From Azolla caroliniana (lineage: Eukaryota; Plantae; Polypodiophyta): a stretch of 64,000 nucleotides of DNA. The notes under the pieces were generated by a model that saw only the letters and a program-made list of their open reading frames with translations, did no database searches and had not been told where the DNA came from. This document shows positions 40,132 to 50,489 of this stretch, in pieces (the stretch's first letter is position 1; the number at the start of each line of letters is the position of its first letter). Made by a program: the position numbers and the translations under genes. The DNA lies in the NCBI GenBank assembly GCA_043228905.1, contig JBHGNT010000012.1:9238001-9302000 (forward strand), in the 5' to 3' direction.

Positions 40132-40983
40132 GGCTTAAGGTCTAGATAGGGCTCTGTAAGTTATGTGCTTAGGGTAAGGAAAAAAACTAATAAGCTCCTC
40201 TCTAAACATATACTCCTCTCTAAACATAAACTTCTCTCTAAACAAAAGCCAAATCAATAGAATGTCTATATTATGTAATATTCTATTAATACAATACATA
40301 AAAAGTTTATGTTTAATAAAGTAATTGTACTTAAAATATCAATTATTATATAAACTACATCTATATGAAGTTAAATCAAGTATAATATAAATCTAATCAT
40401 TAACAAGCCATGAATATGTTGGATTAATGTTAAAATCATTGGCTAATTAATGGCACCCATTTTGATATAGAACCTCTCACTCATTGGTTCTTTAATGCTC
40501 ACCATTTTAAATATTAGACTTATCAATCATTGGTTAATTCATGCCCACATCTTTAATACACAGCATTTCAGAGTCATAAAAATTGTTGCTTTTAGTAATC
40601 AATCATTGGTACATTCATGAACCTCTATCATTGTCTCCTTCATGACCTTTGAAGTCATTGCAGGTTGTTATGACTATAAAAGATTGATCAATATGTTAGT
40701 TTGACTTTGTAATCATTAATGCCATCATAAGTTACTCTAGTTAATGTGACTGTGGTTACCAACTAACTATCCTCAAACTTACCAACCTTGGTTAAGGTGA
40801 CTATGGTTACTTTAACCAATGTGGTCAATCCCTATAAATAGGAAGACCTTGTCATATTTCACTCACAAGAGCGTACAGAGCGTACAGAGCACACAGAACG
40901 TACAGAGCACACAGAGCACACAAAGCACACAAAGCACAAAGAACCAAAGCGCGATCTCTGCCTCCACTGCCACACGATCAACC
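40132..40983. promoter_or_regulatory. Divergent promoter region between the transposase and the cargo gene
   Basis: CCTATAAATA at 40831-40840; repeated TCATTGG (reverse CCAAT) at ~40436-40610; three CTCTCTAAACA repeats at ~40198-40243; 9-bp AGC(A/G)(C/T)ACA(G/A) tandem repeats in the putative 5' UTR. Confidence 0.55.
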
Positions 40984-43900
40984 ATGTCTTCAAAGAGAAT
41001 CGAGCGCGAGGACTCCAGGTAGGCCTCTGACACTGTGGACATTTTTGTAAATATGTTTCGTCGCTCAAGAACTCGATACGCCGTATCGAGTTCCTGTATA
41101 CAATACAAAATTTATACAGGAACTCGATACGGCGTATCGAGTTCATAATTTGTTTTTGCTTTTTAAACAGGAACTCGATACGGCATATCGAGTTCCTGTT
41201 TAAAACCTACACTTTAAACACGAACTCGATACGCCGTATCGAGTTCGTGTTTAAAACCTAAACTTTAAACAGGAACTCGATACGCCGTATTGAGTTCCCG
41301 TTTAAAACCTAAACTTTGAACGGGAACTCGATACGCCGTATCGAGTTCCACTGCTTTCTTTGCTTTTTAAACAAGAACTCGATACGGCATATCGAGTTCG
41401 TGTTTAAAGTTTAGGTTTTAAACAGGAATTCGATACGGCGTATCGAGTTCCTGTTTAAAAAGCAAAGAAAGCATAGAAACTCGATACGGCGTATCGAGTT
41501 CCCGTTTAAAGTTTAGGATTTAAACAGGAACTCGATACGCCGTATCGAGTTCCTGTATAAAAGAAGGCTCTGAAAGAGAAAATTTGTGTTTTTGGGGTAA
41601 CAATTAAATATTGTGTGGAAAAGATATCAAATTGTCTGTCAAAATCAGTCTTTTTTATGTTGACTTGGCATACTTTTAAAAAAACACATGCCATAATTAT
41701 AGGTGTTTTATGACCTACTTTAGCTTAAAATAATAGAAAATGATCCACAAATTGCCTTTACGATAGCAAATTCTCCTCAATATAGGTTTGGAATCTATAT
41801 AAGTCATACCTACTCTTTAAAAGAATATATAACCCTCTTTACTTATTACGATATATATTTTCTAGTTTGAATAGCCCTGCCTAGAATAGATTTTTGAATA
41901 TAGGACTACCATGTACTCTGAATGCATGATTGATATTTGCACTGCACCACTAATCGCCTACTAGTGAGAACTGTTCTTCATCTTAATATTTATATTTTAA
42001 TATACAACCTTAATCTACGTGACTACCTAACTTATGTTTTTGCATATACTTTCTTAAATAGGTCGTTTGAGAACTTGTCGGACCGACCCGTGAAGAAAAT
42101 AAAGCTTCGCATAAAGGGTTCTCCAATCGAAGCCCAGACCAAGGTAGCTCCTGAGACCATGAAGAGAGGAAAAAAGCTTCTCTTCAACGAAGAGACAAAA
42201 TCTCAGCCACATATTGATGTTAGCCAAAAGAAACTTGTCGCCGCTACTGGAGGTGAAGACCTTCCTGACCGTGATCTAACGGACAAGGAATGGTGTATGC
42301 AATATGTCGACTCAAAGAAAAAAGTCGTATTGTATACAACAAAGAAGAAGGGGGAGGGGCAGCTTGGAAAGGAAACCCCATTTATGTATGGCCGTATTCT
42401 ATGATTTGACTACGAAGATGCAGATTCGGCCAACATACTGGTAATGATAGAGTGCTCCAAGGGGGTACGTAAAGTGTTCCTTTCAGAAGACCTTTTAGTA
42501 AAGGAATCTTGTGGGCCAGAAGCGTTCAAAAAAGATCTTGAAAGCTCACAAAACCTTATTGTTACCTTGAGGCCTTATATACAAGGCCATGTAACTCTAA
42601 GAGATGAAGTGCTCTCCCCATTTAAGGCCACAAAAAGGGTATCCAAAGTCCAGTCAAGACCACCAAAGAAGAAGACAACCAAAATGTTAGACACCGATTC
42701 AACAAGTGAAAACGAAGAGGAGGATAATAAGGGGACGCCAGGAGCTGAGCTGGCATCGGGTGTTTTGTCATCCGAGCATAATAAGATAAGGAGAGAGTTA
42801 ATGCAACGAAAACTGGTCAGGAAAGGGCAAGTGTTTAATTTTCCTATAACACACATCCATCGGCCCCCTATTGATGAAAAAACAGGTCGACGACCACTTG
42901 AGATTAGAGAGCCACACCGCATGCATGTTCAAAATCTCTAGAAAAAAATGAAAATTAATCCTCATGCCACTGTGGTGCCTTTTATTGTTATGATAGATCC
43001 TGAAGAATGTGAAACCATTGAAGATTTTGATATTAGAAAGCATGATCAATATAATTATTTTGTCATTGGTGGATCGCATTCAGCAGAGGCACGTCGGCAA
43101 CTTGTGAGAGAACATTCAATGACTTTCTTCTTCAAGTATGCCGAGTGCAAAATTTATGTTGGGCTCACAACCGAAGAGGCTAAGCTGTTGGCATGGGACC
43201 ATAATAATGATAATGACTATAGGCAGAAAATGTCGTCCATTGAGCGTATACGGTTCTTCCACCACGAGTATTTAGACATGAAACAAAAGTTTGGTGTGAA
43301 GTTACATCCAGGCCTACGACGTCAATGTCTGCATGAAGTCGGCATTGTGGTAGATGATAATGTTAAGTCCGATGGTCTTCGAAAGTATGTGTCTTGGTTT
43401 CAATTGGCGTTTAGAGATGGAGAAGTATGGGACCTACAAGATCAAATCTTCTCAATGTGGGAGAATAAGGAGGTAAAGGGTCAACGACAAAAGAAATGTA
43501 AGGTTGACCCTCAACTAGAGTTAAAGTCACAAGCCGCCAAGAAAATTGACTTGACAATTGAAGAAGCGGCAGACGACATGAAGCTGTCTCTGTGGAGAGC
43601 GATGCAAGATATTAAGGACGAGCAGCTTCTTGTGTCTGTTTTGTCAAGGGTTGTGGCGAAAGATTTAAGCCTTGAAGAAATGGTCACTGAGTTCAATAAG
43701 TAAGTCTTTCAAATACTGAAATTGTAGTCTATCTGGTTTAATTCAAAGCTCTAATCTTGATTTCTAATTTTATAGTCATAAGGTGTACATGAAGATCCAA
43801 GAAGTGATGATGAAACAACTTGGATGTATAGCTTGGGAACAAGTGACTAAGGATTATCCTCTAACGTCTTCATATAAGGCGTTATCAGAGTATTTTATTG

Positions 43901-45058
43901 CATTCAAGGATTGGGTTAGTATTGATGGTTTTTCATTACCCTTTCATCATATGTAGAGCTTGTATAATAATACCTGATGTCCTATTGCTTCTATTAGAAA
44001 CCATGTCGAGGCAAGAAACAAGGAGAAGTTAAGGATATACACGATTTCCCTACATCCTTCCTTGCACATCTCGAGCGAGCCAGAAAAGAAAAGGATCGTC
44101 GCTTAGTCAAGGCGTACGAAATGGAGGAAGATGGCTCCTTTAAAAAATTTAGCCACAAAAAAGATATTACGAGAGATCTTTACTACAATGTGGTTTGCGG
44201 TGATGTTGTCGACTTGATCCAAAAGGTGCCAAAGAAGGAATATACTCTAATGATTGCGGATATTCCTTACGGATTTCGAATGGCTGGGTCATCATACAAC
44301 GATAAATCGTTTAGGTTTAAACAATTGGAGAAGATGGTCAAGGATTTCGCTGAGCTAACGACTGCATCCTTGTGGTGAATAGTTGTCTTTCATAGTATGG
44401 ACCAAGGGTACTCGGTAGCTCAAGCTTTGAGATCGTTGCCATGGCATCGAGAACCTTGCATGGTAAGGATAATTTATAGGTGTCTTTCACTATATTGCAT
44501 TTCTTAAGGTTGTTCAATCTATTCTTAACTCGATGTATTAATTTTTATAGGATCAAGACCAATGTAAATAGAGGGCCAACTTTTCGGTTCGTTAATGCCA
44601 TTGAATACATAACGGTTGGCTACTTCGATGAAATTAAGAAACAGAGAATCAAGGAGCATTCTAATGAAGTGGGAGGTTCAAATCTGTTGGTATATCCAGC
44701 AGTGACACGGAAATTGCGACATGTTACCACGACAGAATGGGGACTTGTCAACCCATACCAAAAACCTCAACGACTTATGATGCGCTTGATCGAGATGTTT
44801 TCTGTCGAAGGAGACTGGATATTAGATCTCTTTTCTGGCACAGGTATTCCTCGAACTAGGGTAACGATCTTGAGATAACCAATCCCTTTTTTTTTCGTTT
44901 GACAACTAAATCTTCTTGTTACTTACATCACAGGAACAACGTCTGCATGTGCATTGAAGCTTTTTAGAAATACAGTTGCATTGGAGAAGGACGAGGACCA
45001 AGTTATATTTACTAATATGCGGATTAAGGCTTTGTGGGAGTGCCTAGACCAGGAATAG
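40984..45058 (+). pseudogene. Six-exon gene for a ParB-like domain fused to a beta-class N6-adenine/N4-cytosine DNA methyltransferase (three stops, one frameshift)
   Basis: GT-AG introns 41019-42061, 43700-43775, 43915-43997, ~44463-44550 and 44844-44933 keep the frame. ParB-like HVQNL..PFIVMI..YFVIGGSHSAEA..LTTEEA..HN; MTase IADIPYG, PYQKP..LMMRLIEMFSVEGDWILDLFSGTGTTS..ALKLFR..ALEKD. Confidence 0.8.
41069..41552. repeat. Array of ten 25-bp palindromes GAACTCGATACG(C/G)CGTATCGAGTTC at an exact 51-bp period with 26-bp spacers
   Basis: Starts at 41069, 41120, 41171, 41222, 41273, 41324, 41375, 41426, 41477, 41528; lies inside intron 1 of the cargo gene. Confidence 0.95.
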
Positions 45059-45505
45059 ATTAGATCAACTTTAAATACAAGTATTGAATACTTTAATAAG
45101 TTAGTTATTCCAATCACTTATCCTAATGTGCACTATCCTACATTTTCCACAATTACATACATGCACGTATGGGTCAAAGTATAAATTATAACTCATTTTA
45201 TTAGTATGGATACAAGTACACCTGATATTTTTGTAAAACTTACCTAATTAATATAAGTCTTTAAGTTAGTGTTTCCCTTGTCGCACAATAGTGACATATT
45301 GAGCCATAGTTGAACTTTATTATGCCTACATTAACTTATCAACGTGTCTAAACTTGCATGATTTCTAATGATCTCCACTCGTAGATCTATCATGTATTTT
45401 TATATTTGCAAATTCTCATCAAGTTGAGGAACATGTGATACTAGTGCATCCAATTTTTGTAGAGAGGGTGTATTTGCTTCGTTTTAAGAAGATTCTACAA
45501 GTGGA

Positions 45506-45541
45506 ATGCGCAATCCTTCCACTTGTGAACGCGAACGTGTT
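45506..45541 (-). repeat. Right TIR
   Basis: ATGCGCAATCCTTCCACTTGTGAACGCGAACGTGTT; reverse complement of the left TIR with one mismatch. Confidence 0.95.
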
Positions 45542-46280
45542 CGATGCTAATTGGGCTCGCAACGCCGCCGATCGTTGATCCATGTCCGGATACGCGTTCT
45601 CCCTCGGGAGTGCCGCGATCGCGTGGAGCATTAAGAAGCCGCCGACAGTTGCACTGTCGAGCACCGAAGCTGAGTACCGAGGAGCGGCTGTTGCGACATG
45701 CGAAGCCATATGGTTGAAACAGCTACTTAGGGACCTGCAAGAGGAGGTGTCAGATTCGACGACGATCTACTGCGACAACCTCAGCAGCATCCAGCTCGCG
45801 AAAAACCCCGTTTTCCACGCATGGATTAAGCACATTGAGGTGCACTACCATTTCGTCTGTGAGCGTGTCCTTTCCGGTGAAGTCGAACTTCAGTACGTTC
45901 CGACGGATCGACAGACTGCCGACATCTTCACCAAGCCTCTTGGTCTTGACAAGTTGCGGAAATTCTCAGGTGCGCTCGGATTGCGTCACCTCGACGTGCC
46001 AAACTTGAGGGGGAGAACAGTCCCGAACGACCAAGCAAGGCAGCAGGAAAGGAGCGGAGACCGCGACACCGAGTCGGTTGACTCGATTGCCGAGTTCGAC
46101 TTCGGATCGGCTGAAGAAGCCGAGGGCAGACCCACGGAAAAGTCCGGAAGCGGACAGAAGGGGAGCAACCGAAGGAGAGAGCCGAAGCCAACCACGCATG
46201 GGGAAGATGACACCATCGAGGGCGAGAAGACCGAAGACAAGTTGGAGACAGCCAACTCGGACGAGAGCGAAAACCGATAG
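45542..46280 (+). pseudogene. Copia B' RNase H and acidic C-terminal tail
   Basis: SSTEAEY, IYCDN, KHIEVHYHF, ADIFTK. Confidence 0.9.
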
Positions 46281-46639
46281 GAGGTAGCCGAGTCGGTTCG
46301 GATGTTTGATTCAGATACACTGAATCAACCGAGGCCCAAGCGGAAGAAAAGGCAGTAGGAGAAGCGTGAACACCGCAACAGTAGAAGAGCTGATAAGGGC
46401 CACATGAGCAGACAAGCCGACCGGAAGGGTCGAAGCGCGCGGAGTCGAACAGGTCGTGGAGCGCGAGCGAGGCGTGAAGCCAGGAGGAACCGGAGCTGTG
46501 AGCCCAAAGATCCCGAAGAGCCTCAAGTTGAGGTTGAGGGGGAGTGTTGAGAGACAAGCTCAACATCGGCCGGATCGGTTGAAGAAGCCGAGGACCGGAT
46601 CGGTCAGGACCGATCGGTTAGGCCGAATGCGTAAACCGG

Positions 46640-47105
46640 TGTCGTGCCTTTCGGCTCCGGATCGTTTGCGTGAGTCGGGTGGGAACCACTGAGGTTTTGG
46701 ACTAGGAGAAAGAAGAATATGAGATGAGGCTAGTAATGAATAGATTATTAGAAAGAGAGATAGAAATTTTGTGAATCCCACGAGTGTATTGTATTCAATT
46801 AATCAATATTTAGATAAGAATATGTATTTAGATTGAAAGAAAGATATAAGAAACTTGTGAATCCCACAAGTATAGATTATATTATTTTCGTGAATCCCAC
46901 GATTATATTAATCGGTTGGCTATTTTTGAACACTAATGAAATGCTAGTGTAATGGTAAGACATTACATTATTAACATGGAGGTGCAAGGTTCAAATCTTG
47001 CCCTATGCATGTTATATAAATTTTAATATTTTCTACTATTTATTCACATTTATTAAATTGGTACTTTATAAGTTTTTCACGTAGTGTACAAAATACAGTA
47101 TGACA
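46640..47105 (-). mobile_element. Internally deleted family-A solo LTR in the Copia B' 3' LTR, TSD CCGG
   Basis: Reverse complement of 193-957 lacking the central ~300 bp; CCGG on both sides. Confidence 0.9.
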
Positions 47106-47991
47106 CCGGTACGCAGACCGGTGCGTAGGTAGGGCCGGATCGGTGCGTAAACCGGGAGGCCATTAGGAAAGATATTCCGTGAGGAATATATTTGGGAGTT
47201 AGTGTAGGAGCTCTTAATAAGCATTGAAGTACTGTCAGTACTTCTGTCAGTCCTTCTAGGACTTGTATAAAAGTGTTCATTGAACACACATATGTATAGA
47301 GTGTGGTGAATAGAGATTGAGTATTCGTTGTTCAATATAGTTCGTGTGTTCTCTCTCTCTCACTCTCTCTGTCTCTCCCGCGTACACTGCGTAAGCTCAA
47401 GCTCTCCATTAAACCTGAGTTTTCTTCCTTCTGTTCGGTCTTCATACTTGCTTCCGCACGTTACTTTTACAGAGTAGGCCGTCATTGGAATGGGGTGGTT
47501 TAATATGTTGACATGATTGGCATTGTTTTATGTAAGCCGCGATTGTTGTACGCATTTGCGGCCACTAATACCGAAGACGGATTTTGTCCAGCACCTTGTG
47601 GAATCCGAGGTGGCCAGACATTGGGTGATCTTGAAAAAATTGCATATATAAATTCCGCAAGCTATGTGGTATGTAGATTCGTGGCTCTTTCCCTATTTTT
47701 ATAAAGTATAAGACATTGTTTTGTAATTGGAAATGGGTGTGTAACTTTTTGCATTTTGTTGACTAGATCTCATGGATGATTTGTTATATTGCCTCATCGG
47801 CTTGTTGTAGGGTTGCTATCTATGCCATCGTTGTGGGTAATTGGACTAGTGTAGGAATGAATTGAACACATTGTGTTTGCACTCTTGACAAATCATCGAC
47901 GACCAGATTATATTATCATCTTCGAAGGTCAAATATGACCTATGGGATGTAACAATTTCAAACCTTAGGATTGTACGAACACATGATTCGT

Positions 47992-48032
<41 letters not shown>

Positions 48033-48398
48033 GTTGATCTCCCTATATAGGCATATGATAGGTAGAGGACTTAGGAGACTAAGAACTGTTGTAAGTAAGT
48101 TGATTTTACATACAATTAATTAATATAATTGTGTGCTTTTACCAACGGAGAGAGAGAGAGAGAGAGAGAGATTCATTGACTTCAGCGAATGGAAGTTCGA
48201 TCTGGAGTGAGAGAGAGAGAGAGAGGGAGAGAGGTGCATGCACGTGCGCCCACATGATTGCCACGTATGACTGCTTGGTGCCAGCCATGACTTGAAGGAC
48301 AACGAGGGGGGAGTTGTTCCCTCCCCCCCCCACTCCCTCCCCTTTTTATACAGCCCACCCAGCGAGCCATCGCCATAGCCATAGCCAAGAAAGCAGAG

Positions 48399-48454
<56 letters not shown>

Positions 48455-48624
48455 GCCCCCACCCCATCACGTCATTTTCGATATCTCTATATATAATCAA
48501 TCTCATATATCTGATCTGCTTATCTATCTTTCTCCCCTTCCAAAAAAAGGGATTTAAGGGAAAAGGAGAAAAAGCTTGAAGGCAGCTTGCGAATCCGAAA
48601 TCCTCTTTTAAAACTACAGTTACC

Positions 48625-49464
48625 ATGGCTGCTGCTCGTCGCAATGCTTTCTTCGTCGTCTACTCCAACTACTCGCTGCTGCTGCTGCTGCTATTGGCCG
48701 CCCTCTACCTCTCCTCATCTTCTTCTTCTCAGCACAACCTTGCGGCAGCGCAGACTGTGCCCAACGTGACTGACGTCCTGACGAAGGCCGGCAATTTCAA
48801 CAATTTCCTGAAACTGGCGGGCGAGGCCAACGTGACGCAAACTCTTCAGGGGCTCCTGGACCGCGGCGCCAACGCCACGGCGTTCATCCCTGTGGACTCG
48901 GCCTTCACGGACGACATAAAGAAGGCATACGGGAATCTGAGCCCCGTGAATCAGAGCCTTGTCCTTTACTACCACGTCATCCCCAAGTTCTACAACGTGA
49001 CGGACGTTGTCAACCTCCGGAATGTGCCCACCCTCGCCACCGGTAACTCCTCCTCTCCTAACGCCTTCCACCTCGTCGCTGTCAACCAGTCCAGCAGCAC
49101 TGCTGTCATTACCGTCTATGGCAATTACAACTCCGCTAACGTTACCAACACAACCGTGAACGCCAACGCCTTCCCCATCGCCATTCACCCTATCAACGCC
49201 GTCCTTCTCCCTACAGAAATCTTCGGTGCCCCTTCCCCTTCAACTTCAACTTCCCCTTCCCCTTCAACTTCCCCTTCCCCTCCATCTTCACCTTCTTCCG
49301 GTAGCAACGGCACTAGCAAAGCACCTGCACCTTCTTCTTCCAGTACCAAAACAAGTGCACCTGCCCCTAACGGCACATCACACACGGCCCATGCTACCAC
49401 CACTCTCTTCATCTCCCTCGCCCTCTCCCTCCTCCTCTCCTTCCACCTCATCTTCTTGGCATAG
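48625..49464 (+). CDS. FLA: Fasciclin-like arabinogalactan protein (copy 2)
   Basis: Same architecture as 29650-30546, with a shorter SP/S tract; intact ORF. Confidence 0.92.
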   Translation: MAAARRNAFFVVYSNYSLLLLLLLAALYLSSSSSSQHNLAAAQTVPNVTDVLTKAGNFNNFLKLAGEANVTQTLQGLLDRGANATAFIPVDSAFTDDIKKAYGNLSPVNQSLVLYYHVIPKFYNVTDVVNLRNVPTLATGNSSSPNAFHLVAVNQSSSTAVITVYGNYNSANVTNTTVNANAFPIAIHPINAVLLPTEIFGAPSPSTSTSPSPSTSPSPPSSPSSGSNGTSKAPAPSSSSTKTSAPAPNGTSHTAHATTTLFISLALSLLLSFHLIFLA

Positions 49465-50489
49465 ATTTTTTAACAACCATCCTGACTGAATGAGAACCAC
49501 CCACCCACTCATGATGTCATCTCAAACCTTGCGTCCTTCGTTGATTGCTGTTTTTCTTCTTCTCTTCCTTTTCCCTTGTATGTTCTAAATTCCCTTCTTT
49601 TCATCTGATATTTCTCATTTTCACAATCTCAAAATTCCAAATCATTTGGACACATCTACAATCCCGCCCCCCCAAATCATTTTTGTGATCGAATAATCTA
49701 TACATGGATTCCTATAATAATCCCATCATTTTTGTACCGTACACCATATACATATGGTGCGTTTGGAATAATCTAATCTATATGTACATGGATCCCTCCC
49801 TAATTTGATTTTTATATACGTATGATGTTGTTAATGTTAATGTTAATGTTAATGTATGTATAGATCATTGTGGGTCAACGGCCTCTTTAATTTATTATGA
49901 TGGTAAGAAAGGAAAAGGAAAGAAAGAAAACTACCTTTGTATTTTTGGGGTTTTGGTTTCTTATAAATAAATAAAAATCATGTTTGCTCATGGAAGATGA
50001 TAATTCAATGCTTCTTTGCTTGCATGTGAGCCCCCTTTGGTTTGTGTTCCTTCTTAACAAACCACAAAACATCGTGGTAGTTTTGGAAGATACTTATTTT
50101 GAATTGTTTACACGAATGTCAACGTGTTCAATTATCAATGCTCTTGGTTTGTATTTGGATCCCCTTTTCTGATTCTTAAAAAAATAATGTTCTTCGTCTT
50201 TGTACATATTTCATTCATGTTAGTAGGGGATGACAGATACATAATTATTGATCTTGATGTTGGTTTGGGAAGGTGGTTGCAAATTTATGGTCTTTGCATT
50301 TTATTTTTTAAACATTGGATATTGTGTGATTCCTCAAACTCATCTACCTTTTTTTCCATTACATCTCAACACCTACTTTTGTAGTACACTCCAAGATACC
50401 TTTTGTTATCTTGGTACATTTATAGTTACTCCTCTAGTTACCTTTAACTAACCCTTTAACTAAACTATGGTATTAACTTCCCTAACCCT

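Larger units (their letters stand above)
36995..45541. mobile_element. 8547-bp TIR DNA transposon, Sola-like, with a transposase and a ParB-like/DNA amino-methyltransferase cargo gene
   Basis: TIRs 36995-37030 and 45506-45541 (35/36 identical); TSD CGAT (36991-36994, 45542-45545); removing it restores the Copia GYTDANWA frame. Superfamily call rests on transposase motifs and the 4-bp TSD. Confidence 0.9.
32577..47471 (+). mobile_element. Ty1/Copia element B' with LTRs 32577-33033 and 46545-47471, TSD GAGTA; hosts the DNA transposon
   Basis: 457-bp LTRs (3' LTR split by a 466-bp insert), PBS TGGTATCAGAGC at 33034, PPT GAGGGGGAG, 5-bp TSD; empty site GGAGTAGGCC at ~51635. Confidence 0.95.

Noticed and set aside
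41250-41320. Telomere or telo-box motif in the array spacers (AAACCTAAA)
   Set aside because: One C short of AAACCCTA and not in tandem; too weak.
41069-41552. CRISPR array
   Set aside because: The repeat-spacer geometry is similar, but the spacers are related to each other rather than unique, there are no cas genes, and it lies in a spliceosomal intron.
40984-45058. Bacterial contamination or recent phage insertion as source of the MTase
   Set aside because: The gene has five frame-preserving GT-AG introns and a TATA box, and lies inside a TIR/TSD-bounded element nested in a plant Copia.
36995-45541. Claim that this copy is functional, or that it was mobilised in trans while already broken
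   Set aside because: Both genes carry stops and frameshifts. The host Copia LTRs differ by roughly 4% by eye, so decay after insertion is sufficient to explain the damage.
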